Shown: one piece after another, positions 1-10,642 of the stretch
Position numbering within the stretch: position 1 is the stretch's first letter
How the letters are laid out: each line of letters opens with the position of its first letter
Notes under the pieces: generated by a model
Database searches by the model: none
What the model saw: only the letters and a program-made list of their open reading frames with translations
What the model was told of the DNA's origin: nothing
Program-made: the position numbers and the translations under genes
Source of the DNA: an uncultured Candidatus Saccharibacteria bacterium
Lineage (GTDB): Bacteria > Patescibacteriota > Minisyncoccia > Phycocordibacterales > UBA2100
NCBI GenBank assembly: GCA_964399865.1
Contig: CAYNRJ010000001.1
Location: forward strand, 138,050-202,049
Length of the DNA stretch: 64,000 nt
Direction of reading: 5' to 3'

Positions 1-2
1 CG

Positions 3-1748
3 TCCGTTGTCGCCATTTCAAAAGCAGGGGAGCGCCTCGTGGGTCTTCTCGCACGTCGCCAAGCCGTTACAAATCCAAAAAATACGATCTACCAGATCAA
101 GCGCTTCATCGGCCACTCATTTGATGAATCTGCTGTCCAGAAGGATCGCGAGTCGGTCCCGTATGAAATGCGTAAGGCGGATAACGGCAGTATCGAGGTT
201 AAAATGGGCGACAAATGGCACCGACCAGAGGAAATCTCTGCAATGATCCTTCAGAAATTGAAGGCTGATGCAGAGGCAAAGCTCGGAGAGCCTATAACAG
301 AGGCGGTTATTACTGTCCCTGCATATTTCAACGACTCTCAACGACAGGCGACAAAGGATGCAGGCAAGATCGCTGGTCTTGATGTGAAGCGCATCATCAA
401 TGAACCAACTGCCGCAGCGCTCGCGTACGGATTCAATAAAAAGAAAAACGAGAAGATAGTCGTATTCGACTTCGGTGGAGGAACCTTCGATATTTCCGTA
501 CTTGAAGTAGGAGATGACGTGATCGAGGTTCGCTCTACGGACGGAGATGCTCACCTTGGAGGAAAAGATCTCGACCAAAAAATAATGAACTGGATCGCTG
601 ACGAATTCAAAAAGGAGTCCGGCATTGATGTGAAGAATGATCCGCTTGCGCGTCAGCGCCTCGATGAGGCTGCAGAAAAGGCAAAGATCGAACTTTCAAG
701 CGCAATGGAAAGTGAGATCAACATCCCATTCATTACTTCCGATGCGTCGGGTCCTCGTCACCTGCTTCTCAAACTCTCACGTGCAAAACTTGAGGATCTT
801 GCGAGCGAATACATCGAGCGCGCAATGATGATAACGAAGCGCGCGATGGACGCGTCTCCATTTAAAATTGGAGACTTGAATGAGGTTATTTTGGTGGGTG
901 GTCAGACTCGCATGCCAGCACTCCAACAGCATGTAGAGAAATTCTTCGGAAAGAAACCGAACATGAGCGTGAACCCAGACGAAGTCGTGGCAATTGGCGC
1001 TGCAATACAGGGCGGCATCATGCAGGGTGAAGTGAAAGACGTGCTCCTTCTTGATGTTATTCCACTTTCTCTTGGAATTGAGACACTCGGCGGTGTGGCG
1101 ACCAAAGTCATCGATCGCAATACGACAATCCCAACATCCCGTTCACAAACATTTTCCACGGCGTCCGATAATCAACCTTCAGTTGAGATCCACGTGGTCC
1201 AGGGAGAGCGCCCGATGGCGGCAGACAATAAATCCCTCGGCCGATTCAATCTCGATGGTGTACCTCCTGCTCCTCGCGGTATTCCGCAGGTGGAGGTCAC
1301 ATTCGATATCGACGCAAACGGTATTTTGAGCGTAAAAGCAAAAGAAAAGACGTCCGGTAAGGAGCAGTCCATTCGCATAGAAGCGCGCTCCGGTCTTTCG
1401 GACGCTGACGTAGAAAGAATGCGCAAAGAAGCAGAAGCACATGCCGGTGAAGATCAAAAGAAGAAGGAGCTTGTAGAGGCTCAGAACGCAGCAGATCAGC
1501 TTACCTATGCGGCAGAGAAGGCTCTCAAGGAACACGGCGATAAGGTAGGGGACGATATCAAGAAAAACGTTCAAGAAAAGATCGACGCACTCAAATCAGC
1601 ACGAGGCGGAACTGACACAGCTGGAATTAAAACTGCCTCGGACGCACTAAATACTGCGATGAGCACGATCGGCGAAGCGATGTCTAAGGGTCAGCAAACA
1701 CCACCACAAGAGCCTCCAAAAGAGGGTGGCGAGTCCGAAACTAAATGA
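3..1748 (+). CDS. dnaK: Chaperone DnaK (5'-truncated by window edge)
   Basis: Hsp70 motifs [44 protein letters not shown]; frame open from position 3. Confidence 0.99.
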   Translation, partial: SVVAISKAGERLVGLLARRQAVTNPKNTIYQIKRFIGHSFDESAVQKDRESVPYEMRKADNGSIEVKMGDKWHRPEEISAMILQKLKADAEAKLGEPITEAVITVPAYFNDSQRQATKDAGKIAGLDVKRIINEPTAAALAYGFNKKKNEKIVVFDFGGGTFDISVLEVGDDVIEVRSTDGDAHLGGKDLDQKIMNWIADEFKKESGIDVKNDPLARQRLDEAAEKAKIELSSAMESEINIPFITSDASGPRHLLLKLSRAKLEDLASEYIERAMMITKRAMDASPFKIGDLNEVILVGGQTRMPALQQHVEKFFGKKPNMSVNPDEVVAIGAAIQGGIMQGEVKDVLLLDVIPLSLGIETLGGVATKVIDRNTTIPTSRSQTFSTASDNQPSVEIHVVQGERPMAADNKSLGRFNLDGVPPAPRGIPQVEVTFDIDANGILSVKAKEKTSGKEQSIRIEARSGLSDADVERMRKEAEAHAGEDQKKKELVEAQNAADQLTYAAEKALKEHGDKVGDDIKKNVQEKIDALKSARGGTDTAGIKTASDALNTAMSTIGEAMSKGQQTPPQEPPKEGGESETK

Positions 1749-1957
1749 AATTAGGAACCTACGAGCACTACAAAGGTAAGAAGTATAGGGTGATTGGAGT
1801 TGCAAGACACAGCGAGACACTCGAGGAGTATGTCTATTACGAGTGCCTGCATGAAAATGACACATCTCAATTTTGGGTCAGACCTCTAGCGATGTTCAAC
1901 GAACACGTTGTTGTGGATGGAAAACGAATACCCCGATTCAAATATATCGGGGATTGA
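1745..1957 (+). CDS. DUF1653-family small protein
   Basis: Y.HYKG..Y.V...A.HSET.E..V.Y and WVRP..MF pattern; ATGA overlap with dnaK. Confidence 0.85.
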   Translation: MKLGTYEHYKGKKYRVIGVARHSETLEEYVYYECLHENDTSQFWVRPLAMFNEHVVVDGKRIPRFKYIGD

Positions 1958-1990
1958 GAGGTCGCAAGAAGGGCTATAATGATTGATTAT

Positions 1991-3790
1991 ATGCCCGAGC
2001 AAGCACCAAAAAAGGGAGCCGCGAGACATGTCCTCCTCGATTATTGGAGGCATTCTCTCCGATACCCGTGGTTCGTCATATCACTCTTTGTGGTGGGGGC
2101 CCTTATACAGGTCGCGGTCATTGTTTCGCCGCTTTTTCTTAAAGATTTTATCGACATAATTTCTGTTGCATCTCCAACAGATGCAACTCCTGGAATTGTT
2201 ACTGCGCTCTGGCTATTTGCGCTATTCACATTCCTCGCATGGGGACTGAGGCGATTACAGTTCCTTCTCATCGCAAAGCTAGAGTCACGCGTCATGTCGG
2301 ACTTAAGTACGTCCTCCTTCAACTACATAATCAACCACTCGTATCATTTCTTCGTCTCAAATTTCGTAGGCTCGCTTGTGCGTCGTGTCACGCGGTACGC
2401 AAAATCGTACGAAGTCATCGCCGACGCAATTCTATTCCAACTTTTTCCTGGCGTGCTTCTTGCAGGCGGCATTATTTTTATTTTGTACCTTCGTCACCCA
2501 CTGCTTGGCCTCGGACTTGCTGTGTGGCTCGTACTCTTCCTTTCGCTCCAGATATTTCTCATCAATAGGATTCATTCCTACCGTGTAAAGGCGGCCGAGG
2601 ACGATAGTGCCGTGACAGGCGTTCTCTCCGACGCACTCTCTAATCAATCTACAGCTGCACTCTTTTCGGGAATACGTCATGAGCGAAGGCGTTTTGCTGA
2701 ATCTGTTGGTCAACTTCAAAAATCAAGGTATCGAGCCTGGCGCTCGGATGACAATGTATGGGCTATTCAAGGATTTCTTATCGCTACGGTGAACATTGGT
2801 CTTCTTTTTGGCGCACTTGTGCTCTGGCGCCGAGGACTCCTTAGCGTGGGAGATTTCGTGTTGATACAAACCTACCTTTTGACTCTATTCGAGCGTCTGG
2901 TGCAAGCAGGGCGCGAAATAAAGCATGTATTTAGTGCTATCGCTGAAGCTACAGAGATGTCGGAAATACTTCGCATACCTCATGAGATCCGCGACAATCC
3001 TGACGCAGTACCCCTCGTCATTCAGAAAGGAGAGATCGTGTTCGATAACGTCGATTTCAAGTATTTCGACGGGCACCCGGTCTTATCCAAATTCTCTCTC
3101 ATTGTTAAGGGAGGTGAAAAAGTAGCGTTTGTGGGGCCATCTGGCGCAGGAAAAACCACCGTGACCAAATTACTCCTCCGCCTATATGAAATTACCGGCG
3201 GGGAAATTCGTATCGACGGGCAAAATATCAATACTGTGACGCTCGAAAGTCTACGTAAACACATCGGTTTTGTTCCTCAAGATCCAGTACTTTTCCATCG
3301 AAACCTTTTAGAAAACATTCGCTACGGACGACAGGACGCGACAGAAGAAGAGGTGATGGAGGCTGCCAAACGTGCCCATTGTCATGAATTTATTCTTAGG
3401 ATGCCCCATGGCTATCAAACTCTGGTGGGAGAGCGCGGCATCAAACTCTCTGGTGGAGAAAGGCAGCGCATTGCGATCGCTCGTGCGATCCTCAAGAATG
3501 CGCCTATCCTTGTGTTAGATGAAGCAACATCAGCACTCGATTCAGAGTCAGAGTCGCTTATTCAGGACGCATTTGAAACTCTCATGGAAGGAAAGACCGT
3601 TATCGCGATCGCACACCGTCTCTCGACCGTTATAAAGATGGATCGCATAGTTGTTATCGAAGAAGGGAAGGTAACTGCAGAAGGATCTCATGAAGATTTA
3701 CTCGCTCAAGAAGGCCGCTATCAGACACTCTGGAACATCCAGGCGGGCGGCTTTACTGATGAAAATGCAAAGGAAGGAGAGGATATTTAG
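1991..3790 (+). CDS. ABC exporter, fused permease/ATPase (MsbA-like)
   Basis: N-terminal TM domain, [24 protein letters not shown]; start 1979 or 1991 (TATAAT at 1975-1980). Confidence 0.95.
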   Translation: MPEQAPKKGAARHVLLDYWRHSLRYPWFVISLFVVGALIQVAVIVSPLFLKDFIDIISVASPTDATPGIVTALWLFALFTFLAWGLRRLQFLLIAKLESRVMSDLSTSSFNYIINHSYHFFVSNFVGSLVRRVTRYAKSYEVIADAILFQLFPGVLLAGGIIFILYLRHPLLGLGLAVWLVLFLSLQIFLINRIHSYRVKAAEDDSAVTGVLSDALSNQSTAALFSGIRHERRRFAESVGQLQKSRYRAWRSDDNVWAIQGFLIATVNIGLLFGALVLWRRGLLSVGDFVLIQTYLLTLFERLVQAGREIKHVFSAIAEATEMSEILRIPHEIRDNPDAVPLVIQKGEIVFDNVDFKYFDGHPVLSKFSLIVKGGEKVAFVGPSGAGKTTVTKLLLRLYEITGGEIRIDGQNINTVTLESLRKHIGFVPQDPVLFHRNLLENIRYGRQDATEEEVMEAAKRAHCHEFILRMPHGYQTLVGERGIKLSGGERQRIAIARAILKNAPILVLDEATSALDSESESLIQDAFETLMEGKTVIAIAHRLSTVIKMDRIVVIEEGKVTAEGSHEDLLAQEGRYQTLWNIQAGGFTDENAKEGEDI

Positions 3791-3831
3791 TCGTCGCTTT
3801 GCATTTCCTTGCGTCCAGATATAATGGAAAT

Positions 3832-4911
3832 ATGAAAGACTACTATCAGATTTTGGGAGTCACCAAGAGCGCAAGCGAGGACGATATAAAGCGTGCATTC
3901 AGAAAGCTCGCGCAAAAATATCATCCAGACAAAAAAGGAGGCGACGAAGCAAAATTCAAAGAAGCGAGTGAGGCATACGCCGTTCTCTCCGATAAAAAGA
4001 AGCGCGCTGAATACGATACGTACGGAAAAACATTCGCGGGAGGTGGCCCGACAGGCGGAGGTGCAGGAGGATTCGACTTTTCGAATTTCAATTTCGGTCA
4101 GGGTTTCGAGGGCGCAAATTTCAACGGACAAGAATTTGATCTTGGGGATATTTTCGGAGAATTCTTCGGTGGTGGGCGCGCGAGCGCACGCCGCGGACGT
4201 GATATTTCCATTGATCTTGAGCTACCATTCAAAGAAGCTGTATTTGGAACTGAGCGTCGCATCCTGATTGCGAAAACCTCGACGTGTGTCTCATGTGAAG
4301 GCACGGGCGCAGCAAAGGGATCGAAAACCGTTACGTGCTCCTCGTGTAATGGAAAGGGTGAGATGAGAGAAGCTCGCAATACTTTCTTTGGAACATTCTC
4401 GTCCGCAAGACCATGTCAGAAATGTCGCGGCCGAGGCGAAGTGCCTGAAGCGCCTTGTCCAACATGCCGTGGCGAGGGTGTAGCAAAACGCGAAGAAGAA
4501 ATACGAGTGACTGTTCCCGCGGGCGTATCCGATGGAGAGATGATCCGTATGCCACGAATGGGGGAAGCTGTTCCCGGGGGATCTGCGGGCGATTTGTACG
4601 TTAAATTGCACGTACGACCTGACAAACAATTCACGCGCGAGGGGAATAACCTTGTGACTTCTCTTTCAATCAAACTCACTGACGCGCTCCTAGGAAGGGA
4701 ATACCAAATCCGCACTTTAGAAGGGGAGGAGCCTCTTACCGTACCTGCAGGAGTAAATAACGGGGAAATACTTCGCGTGCGCGGACGAGGAGTGCCTTAC
4801 GGCCGCGGATCGCGCGGAGATTTGATGGTTCGCATTGATGTAGTGTTCCCAAAGAAACTCTCAAGAGCTGCACATGAATTGATTGAGAAGCTGCGAGGCG
4901 AGGGACTCTAG
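3832..4911 (+). CDS. dnaJ: Chaperone DnaJ
   Basis: [11 protein letters not shown] motif, G/F-rich region, four CxxCxGxG motifs. Confidence 0.98.
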   Translation: MKDYYQILGVTKSASEDDIKRAFRKLAQKYHPDKKGGDEAKFKEASEAYAVLSDKKKRAEYDTYGKTFAGGGPTGGGAGGFDFSNFNFGQGFEGANFNGQEFDLGDIFGEFFGGGRASARRGRDISIDLELPFKEAVFGTERRILIAKTSTCVSCEGTGAAKGSKTVTCSSCNGKGEMREARNTFFGTFSSARPCQKCRGRGEVPEAPCPTCRGEGVAKREEEIRVTVPAGVSDGEMIRMPRMGEAVPGGSAGDLYVKLHVRPDKQFTREGNNLVTSLSIKLTDALLGREYQIRTLEGEEPLTVPAGVNNGEILRVRGRGVPYGRGSRGDLMVRIDVVFPKKLSRAAHELIEKLRGEGL

Positions 4912-4980
4912 GTAAAGAGTTGTTAACGTTTTGAAAAATACATCCACTTCAAGCACGTGTTGCGTGATATCATTTTTTTA

Positions 4981-5472
4981 ATGGATTTCGGTTCAATAGG
5001 AGGAGTCGCGACCAATATTCCGGTAGATTGGTTCATCATCGGCGTATTCACGCTCCTTTTTGCGTTTGATACTTGGAAAAGCGGCTCTGGACGAGCCTGC
5101 GCGATCGCTCTGGCGCTTCCTATCGCAATGATCCTTACGGAAATGCTATCAGAGACTTTCCTACTTGGAACTTTCGTAGGGGAGCTCACGACACCAATAC
5201 TCGGCGCCATTATCTTTTTCATATTTTTCGCAGCACTGTATCTTCTCATGCGCCGTATCGATTCTTCGTACGGAGGGGAATCTGGCCGACCCTTACAGGC
5301 AATTCTGATTGGCTTTGCATGCGCTGCAATTTTTGTTGTTATCTGGCTCGAAGTGCCTGCTCTCTCCGCAGTTTGGAAATTCAATGACGCGACGACTGCA
5401 ATCTTTGGCGAAGCATATCGATTCTGGTGGCTCCTCGGCTCCTACGCCACTTTGGCATTTGTAAGACGATAG
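4981..5472 (+). CDS. Hypothetical multi-pass membrane protein
   Basis: About 5 hydrophobic segments; ATG at 4981. Confidence 0.75.
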   Translation: MDFGSIGGVATNIPVDWFIIGVFTLLFAFDTWKSGSGRACAIALALPIAMILTEMLSETFLLGTFVGELTTPILGAIIFFIFFAALYLLMRRIDSSYGGESGRPLQAILIGFACAAIFVVIWLEVPALSAVWKFNDATTAIFGEAYRFWWLLGSYATLAFVRR

Positions 5473-5543
5473 GGAGACGAACCTACCCGTTTATTTACAC
5501 AGGGAGGGGTTGTTTTTAACTCCTCGGGGAGTACAGTCAGAGC

Positions 5544-5639
5544 ATGGAATCTGCGGCCTCCCATAATAGGCCAGAGGAATGGATAATGCGCTATAACAAG
5601 CGCATTGATTGTATTCTGCTTCAGAAATGGGGAGCATAA
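5544..5639 (+). CDS. Putative 31-aa peptide MESAASHNRPEEWIMRYNKRIDCILLQKWGA (not in ORF track)
   Basis: TTGTTT (5510)-16 nt-TACAGT (5532) with ATG 6 nt downstream, the leaderless layout used by housekeeping genes here; ends 29 nt before the next gene. Confidence 0.5.
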   Translation: MESAASHNRPEEWIMRYNKRIDCILLQKWGA

Positions 5640-5668
5640 TTACTCGGACCGTAATACCGACACGACAG

Positions 5669-6628
5669 ATGATTCCAGTATTCCCCGTTTTCAAAAAAAT
5701 AGAAATAAGCGACCGGGAGGCTATAGAATCGTTCTCGCTGCGATATCCGCCATATTCTGATTTCAATTTCACAAACTTATGGGCATGGGATACGGAAGGG
5801 GTGCGCAAGATTTCCGAATTGAATGGCAACCTGGTCGTCCTTTTCACGGATTATCAGACAGGCGAACCTTTCCTTTCATTCCTGGGTACGAATGAGGTTC
5901 AGAATACTGCTCGATCGCTTTTACAGTTTGCCAAAGAATCGAATATGCCTTTGGCACTTCGACTCATAACTGAAGAATCAGCAACTCTACTTGATCATTC
6001 AGATCTACTTATAGAGCCGGATGAGAATAATCATGATTATGTATTCTCTGTTTCTTTATTAGCTGATCCAAAAGGAGGAGAGCTCAAAGAAAAGCGCAGT
6101 CTCGCGAACAGATTTGTGCGCGAAAATCCAGATGCACATTTTGAATTGAGACCGCTAAGAGATAGTGGGGTAGGGGAGCAGATTCTTAAGGCTCTCCATC
6201 GATGGGAACAGAAAAAGAAACAGGACAACAAGCCGTACGACATCGTGAACGAGGAAAAAGCTCTCATGCGCGTACTTGAGAGTGTTCAAAATGGAGAACT
6301 TGCAAACGACCGACTTTTTTTATCTGGTGTTTTCTCAGGCGGCAATATGCTTGGTTTTTGTATCGACGAGATAGTCCCGGACAAATACGCGATATCACAT
6401 TTTATTAAGGCAGATAATTCTTATAAGGGTATCTACGAATTCCTAAATGAGAAAGTTGCACAATATCTATCTGCCCACGATGTTGATTTTTGGAATTGGC
6501 AACAGGATCTGAACATTGAAGGACTGCGGACCGTAAAGCAGAGCTACCACCCAGTAAAGTTACTGAAGAAATGTACCATCTCCTACGGCTCGAGTGATAC
6601 TCTAAAAGAAATATCCAACAATATATGA
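5669..6628 (+). CDS. DUF2156 / MprF C-terminal-like (GNAT-fold, aminoacyl-transferase-like) protein
   Basis: SDFNFTNLWAW, DYVF, HFIKAD..YKGIY, NWQQDLNIEGLR..KQSYHP motifs typical of DUF2156. Confidence 0.85.
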   Translation: MIPVFPVFKKIEISDREAIESFSLRYPPYSDFNFTNLWAWDTEGVRKISELNGNLVVLFTDYQTGEPFLSFLGTNEVQNTARSLLQFAKESNMPLALRLITEESATLLDHSDLLIEPDENNHDYVFSVSLLADPKGGELKEKRSLANRFVRENPDAHFELRPLRDSGVGEQILKALHRWEQKKKQDNKPYDIVNEEKALMRVLESVQNGELANDRLFLSGVFSGGNMLGFCIDEIVPDKYAISHFIKADNSYKGIYEFLNEKVAQYLSAHDVDFWNWQQDLNIEGLRTVKQSYHPVKLLKKCTISYGSSDTLKEISNNI

Positions 6629-7542
6629 GCTGGTTCTTTCTTACACTGATTGCGCCTTTTCTATATGCTCTTACAAATCATATAGACAAACACTTACTCG
6701 AAAAATACTTCAAGACAGGGGGAGTAGGTACCCTGATGTTGTTCTCGTCCCTTCTCTCAGCACTGGCGTTGCCATTTTTACTATGGGCAGACCCGACAGC
6801 ATTAAGCATGAGCACAACGAGCATCCTTACTCTCTCGATCGTTGGACTTCTTAATATCCTCGTACTTTGGTTTTATCTACTTGCATTGAGGGACGAAGAG
6901 GCTTCCGTTGCGATTGTTTTCTATCAACTTGTGCCCGTTTTTGGCTTGGTGCTCGGCTATTTCATCCTCAATGAGACCTTAACGCAAATACAACTCATTG
7001 CTATGGCAATCATTATTTTTGGCACAACTATCATCTCATTCGAAATAGACGTCGAGAACAACTTCAAACTACGCAGACAGACCGTCGCCCTAATGCTCGC
7101 GGCGTCTTTCTTTTGGGCTCTCGGCTCGGTCATATTTAAGGCCGTCGCTCTTGAGGAAAATGTATGGAGGTCTCTCTTTTGGGAGCATCTCATGCTTACA
7201 CTTGTGGGGATCTGTCTTTTCACATTTATGCGCTCCTACCGTATTCACTTTTTGGCGGCCATACGCAATAACTCACGAGCGATCATGTCACTTAACTTCG
7301 CTAACGAGGGTCTATACATGCTCGGGAATCTCATTTTCGCATTTTCGTATTTACTTGCCCCAATCTCACTTATATTGCTCGTAGATTCATTCCAACCCAT
7401 CTTCGTCCTATTAATCGGCATCGCTCTTACACTTTTCTTCCCTCGAATATCTGTTGAGAAGATTCATGCGAGACACTTATCACAGAAAGTCCTCGCTATC
7501 TGTATCACTGGCATAGGCACCTACCTACTCCTAGCTTTTTAA
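6625..7542 (+). CDS. EamA/DMT-family transporter
   Basis: About 10 TM helices in two repeats, LGYFILNE.LT motif; ATGA overlap with upstream gene. Confidence 0.88.
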   Translation: MSWFFLTLIAPFLYALTNHIDKHLLEKYFKTGGVGTLMLFSSLLSALALPFLLWADPTALSMSTTSILTLSIVGLLNILVLWFYLLALRDEEASVAIVFYQLVPVFGLVLGYFILNETLTQIQLIAMAIIIFGTTIISFEIDVENNFKLRRQTVALMLAASFFWALGSVIFKAVALEENVWRSLFWEHLMLTLVGICLFTFMRSYRIHFLAAIRNNSRAIMSLNFANEGLYMLGNLIFAFSYLLAPISLILLVDSFQPIFVLLIGIALTLFFPRISVEKIHARHLSQKVLAICITGIGTYLLLAF

Positions 7543-7599
7543 GGAGCGGAAACACATATCGACTGCATTTGTCTTGCTATACTTTATAAACCATTCAAC

Positions 7600-8028
7600 A
7601 TGAGCTTTCACGATTCTATATTTCACTACACACTTATCGCTCTCATCATTTTTTTGATTGGCGCTTCTTATTATCGATTTTTTGTTATTTCAGACTACAT
7701 AGTCGCATATGAGGGCACGTGCGACCCACGGGTGCATGACTGCTTTATTGGCTGCGCAGACGATGCTTGTACAGAAGAGTATTATTATTCCAAAGTTCAA
7801 AAACATGCCGCAGAGTTATATGCCGAATGTGGCGCTGACATTACGGATTGCGAAAAAGCAAACCTCTGCCTTCCTGAAGACGAGGGTCAATGTGTGATTC
7901 AGTATTGCGATCCTGTTACGGACGGCGAATCATGCGAGATACTTACGGCAATACCGGGGATGGAACGGCCTTCTAATCTCGAAGATGCCGGGTCAGACAC
8001 CGACCGCAACAATATTCCAATACTATGA
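7600..8028 (+). CDS. Membrane-anchored Cys-rich protein (10 Cys)
   Basis: N-terminal TM, then an acidic domain with 10 Cys; ATGA overlap with kinase. Confidence 0.8.
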   Translation: MSFHDSIFHYTLIALIIFLIGASYYRFFVISDYIVAYEGTCDPRVHDCFIGCADDACTEEYYYSKVQKHAAELYAECGADITDCEKANLCLPEDEGQCVIQYCDPVTDGESCEILTAIPGMERPSNLEDAGSDTDRNNIPIL

Positions 8029-9671
8029 TCTGCAATCTATTCCCGCCAACAACATTCTTCTTATTTTCTTCTGATATACCAGAGCTTCTCTACTATTCTC
8101 ACATACCAGCCACTGTTGTTGCACTGCTCGTTGGATTTTTTGTCTTCCTGAATGGTCCAAAGGTCTTACTAAATCGACTTCTACTCGTAATTTCTATTTG
8201 TTTCTCTCTGTGGGCATTCTCGAACATGGTTCTGTGGACTAATATCCATAGCGATACGCTACTTTTGTTTTGGACATTCTATACGGTACTTTTCAGTTTT
8301 ATATCCGTTTTTTCTGTGTATTTCATCTACGTATTCTTATATAAAAAAGATATCTCCTTCAAGCTGAAGATGGTCCTCCTCGCGCTCCTTGCTCCGGCAC
8401 TCATCTTTGGGGCGACCAGTCTAAATATAAGTGGATTCGATATTACAAATTGTGACGCGTTTCAATTCGAAGGACTGTTTTATAAGATGTATTACATTGG
8501 CCTTAGCGTTATAGCGATGGTGTGGATTTTGATTCTGCTTGCACGTAAATACAGGATTTCCGCACCTGATTTCCGTAAACAAATTGTCCTCATGGGGATG
8601 GGAATTGAGCTCTTCCTCTTTTCATTCTTTACACTCTTGTTCCTCGCGACATATTTGACGGCAGTTGGTCTATTTGATGATTCCAGACTCGAGTTATACG
8701 GCCTTTTTGGGATGATGATATTCATGGTGTTTATCGGGATTCTCATTGTGAGATTCCGGACGTTCAATGTTGCCCTCATCGGAGCACAAGCCCTCGTAAT
8801 TGCACTTGTAGTTCTTATCGGATCGATGTTTACATTCACCGACTCCGTAATAAATACTGCTTTAATTGCCGTAACGTTAGTTCTTACCGGTGCTGTTGGG
8901 CTAGTCCTTATACGTGCAGTGAAAAAGGAAATAGAGCAACGCAAATTTATTGAGAAGCAGGAGAAAGAGCTCGAACAAGTGAACCGCGAACAAGAGACAC
9001 TGCTACACTTCATCAGCCATGAGGTGAAGGGTTATCTAACCGAAAGTCAGGCAGGATTTGCCTCGATCGTTGAAGGAGATTTCGGAGCAGTGCCCGCACA
9101 GGTAAAGACAATGGCTGAAGATGCTCTTGCGAATGTCCGTAAAGGCGTTTCTACTGTCATGGATATTCTTAGCGCATCGGATCTCAAGAAGGGAAGTGTA
9201 AATTATAAAAAAGAGCCGTTTGATTTTAAAGCGTCCGTACTTCAAGTTATCTCAGATTTGAAACCCTCCGCGGATGAAAAGGGGGTCTCTCTCGATGCTG
9301 TAATAGGGGACGGAGAATTTAAGACCGTAGGGGATGAACACAAGTTAAAGCAACACGCCATCCGGAATCTTATCGACAACGCAATAAAATACACACCAAA
9401 GGGAGCGATCCGTGTCGAGTTGATTCGTTCCGGTGAAAAACTGCGCTTCACCGTTGAGGACAACGGCGTTGGTATCACACCCGAGGATATGAAAAACCTT
9501 TTCACTGAAGGTGGTCATGGTAAAGACTCGCTCAAAGTAAACGTGCACTCCACAGGATACGGTCTCTACATTGCAAAGCGAGTAGTCGAAGCTCATGGAG
9601 GCAAAATCTCAGCTGAATCAAAGGGCGGCGGCAAGGGAGCACAGTTTATCGTGGAACTCCCCGTAGCTTAG
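8025..9671 (+). CDS. Multi-TM sensor histidine kinase
   Basis: About 8-9 TM N-terminal domain, H-box FISHEVKG, N-box RNLIDNAIKYT, G1 DNGVGI, G2 TGYGLYI. Confidence 0.95.
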   Translation: MICNLFPPTTFFLFSSDIPELLYYSHIPATVVALLVGFFVFLNGPKVLLNRLLLVISICFSLWAFSNMVLWTNIHSDTLLLFWTFYTVLFSFISVFSVYFIYVFLYKKDISFKLKMVLLALLAPALIFGATSLNISGFDITNCDAFQFEGLFYKMYYIGLSVIAMVWILILLARKYRISAPDFRKQIVLMGMGIELFLFSFFTLLFLATYLTAVGLFDDSRLELYGLFGMMIFMVFIGILIVRFRTFNVALIGAQALVIALVVLIGSMFTFTDSVINTALIAVTLVLTGAVGLVLIRAVKKEIEQRKFIEKQEKELEQVNREQETLLHFISHEVKGYLTESQAGFASIVEGDFGAVPAQVKTMAEDALANVRKGVSTVMDILSASDLKKGSVNYKKEPFDFKASVLQVISDLKPSADEKGVSLDAVIGDGEFKTVGDEHKLKQHAIRNLIDNAIKYTPKGAIRVELIRSGEKLRFTVEDNGVGITPEDMKNLFTEGGHGKDSLKVNVHSTGYGLYIAKRVVEAHGGKISAESKGGGKGAQFIVELPVA

Positions 9672-9703
9672 AAATTAGCCCATTTTCTGCTATATTTAGG
9701 CCC

Positions 9704-10639
9704 ATGCAGCGGTTATTTACTGGTTTACAGCCCTCCGGCAGCTTGCACATAGGGAACTATTTTGGAGTCCTTAAACCGCTCGCCGATATGTACCAAAAGT
9801 ACGACGGCTATCTCATGGTCGCCGACTACCACGCACTCACGACTCTAAAGAATCCTGAAGAACTTCGATCCAACATATTGAATATCGTTCGTGATTATCT
9901 CGCAGTCGGCATTGATCCAAAAAGGATAACCATTTTTCAACAGTCTCAGGTTCCTCAGCATACTGAGCTAGGTTGGATATTTAATACACTCGTTACAACA
10001 GCGTTCTTGGAGCTCGCTCATGCGTACAAGGACAAAGAGGCCCGGGGGATAGAAACAAATGTTGGTCTTTTTGATTATCCTGTCCTTATGGCAGCGGACA
10101 TTCTTCTCTATGACACAGATGTGGTCCCCGTGGGGCAAGATCAGAAACAACACGTTGAATACACACGCGAAATTGCAGCGAAATTCAATAATCAGTACGG
10201 TCAGACATTCAAAGAGCCGAAAGAACAGATCCTCCGCGATGTTGCAGTGGTCCCTGGCACTGACGGAAAGAAAATGAGCAAGAGTTACAAGAATACGATC
10301 CCGCTTTTTGGTTCCACAGAGGAAATCCAAAAAGCAGTTATGAGTATCGTCACTGATTCAGGGGGTGAGAGCCCTGAGCATGTATACAACATTCACCGTC
10401 TTCTAAAGAGCGAGGACGAGCTTGGCCCGATATATAAGGCGAACAAAGGTAAGTACAAGGCAAGCAAGGATGCGCTCATCGCCGATATCGAAGCTCTTAT
10501 TGCACCGATGCGTGAACGACGAGCCTCTATTTCCGACGAGGACGTAACGCGCGTGCTTAAAGAGGGGAGCGAGCGAGCCAAAGCCTACGCGGAGAAAAAA
10601 ATGACTGACGTTCGCTCGAAAGTCGGCGTTACACTTTAA
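9704..10639 (+). CDS. trpS: Tryptophan--tRNA ligase
   Basis: GLQPSGSLHIGN, YPVLMAADILLY, VPVGQDQ, KMSKS. Confidence 0.98.
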   Translation: MQRLFTGLQPSGSLHIGNYFGVLKPLADMYQKYDGYLMVADYHALTTLKNPEELRSNILNIVRDYLAVGIDPKRITIFQQSQVPQHTELGWIFNTLVTTAFLELAHAYKDKEARGIETNVGLFDYPVLMAADILLYDTDVVPVGQDQKQHVEYTREIAAKFNNQYGQTFKEPKEQILRDVAVVPGTDGKKMSKSYKNTIPLFGSTEEIQKAVMSIVTDSGGESPEHVYNIHRLLKSEDELGPIYKANKGKYKASKDALIADIEALIAPMRERRASISDEDVTRVLKEGSERAKAYAEKKMTDVRSKVGVTL

Positions 10640-10642
10640 AAT

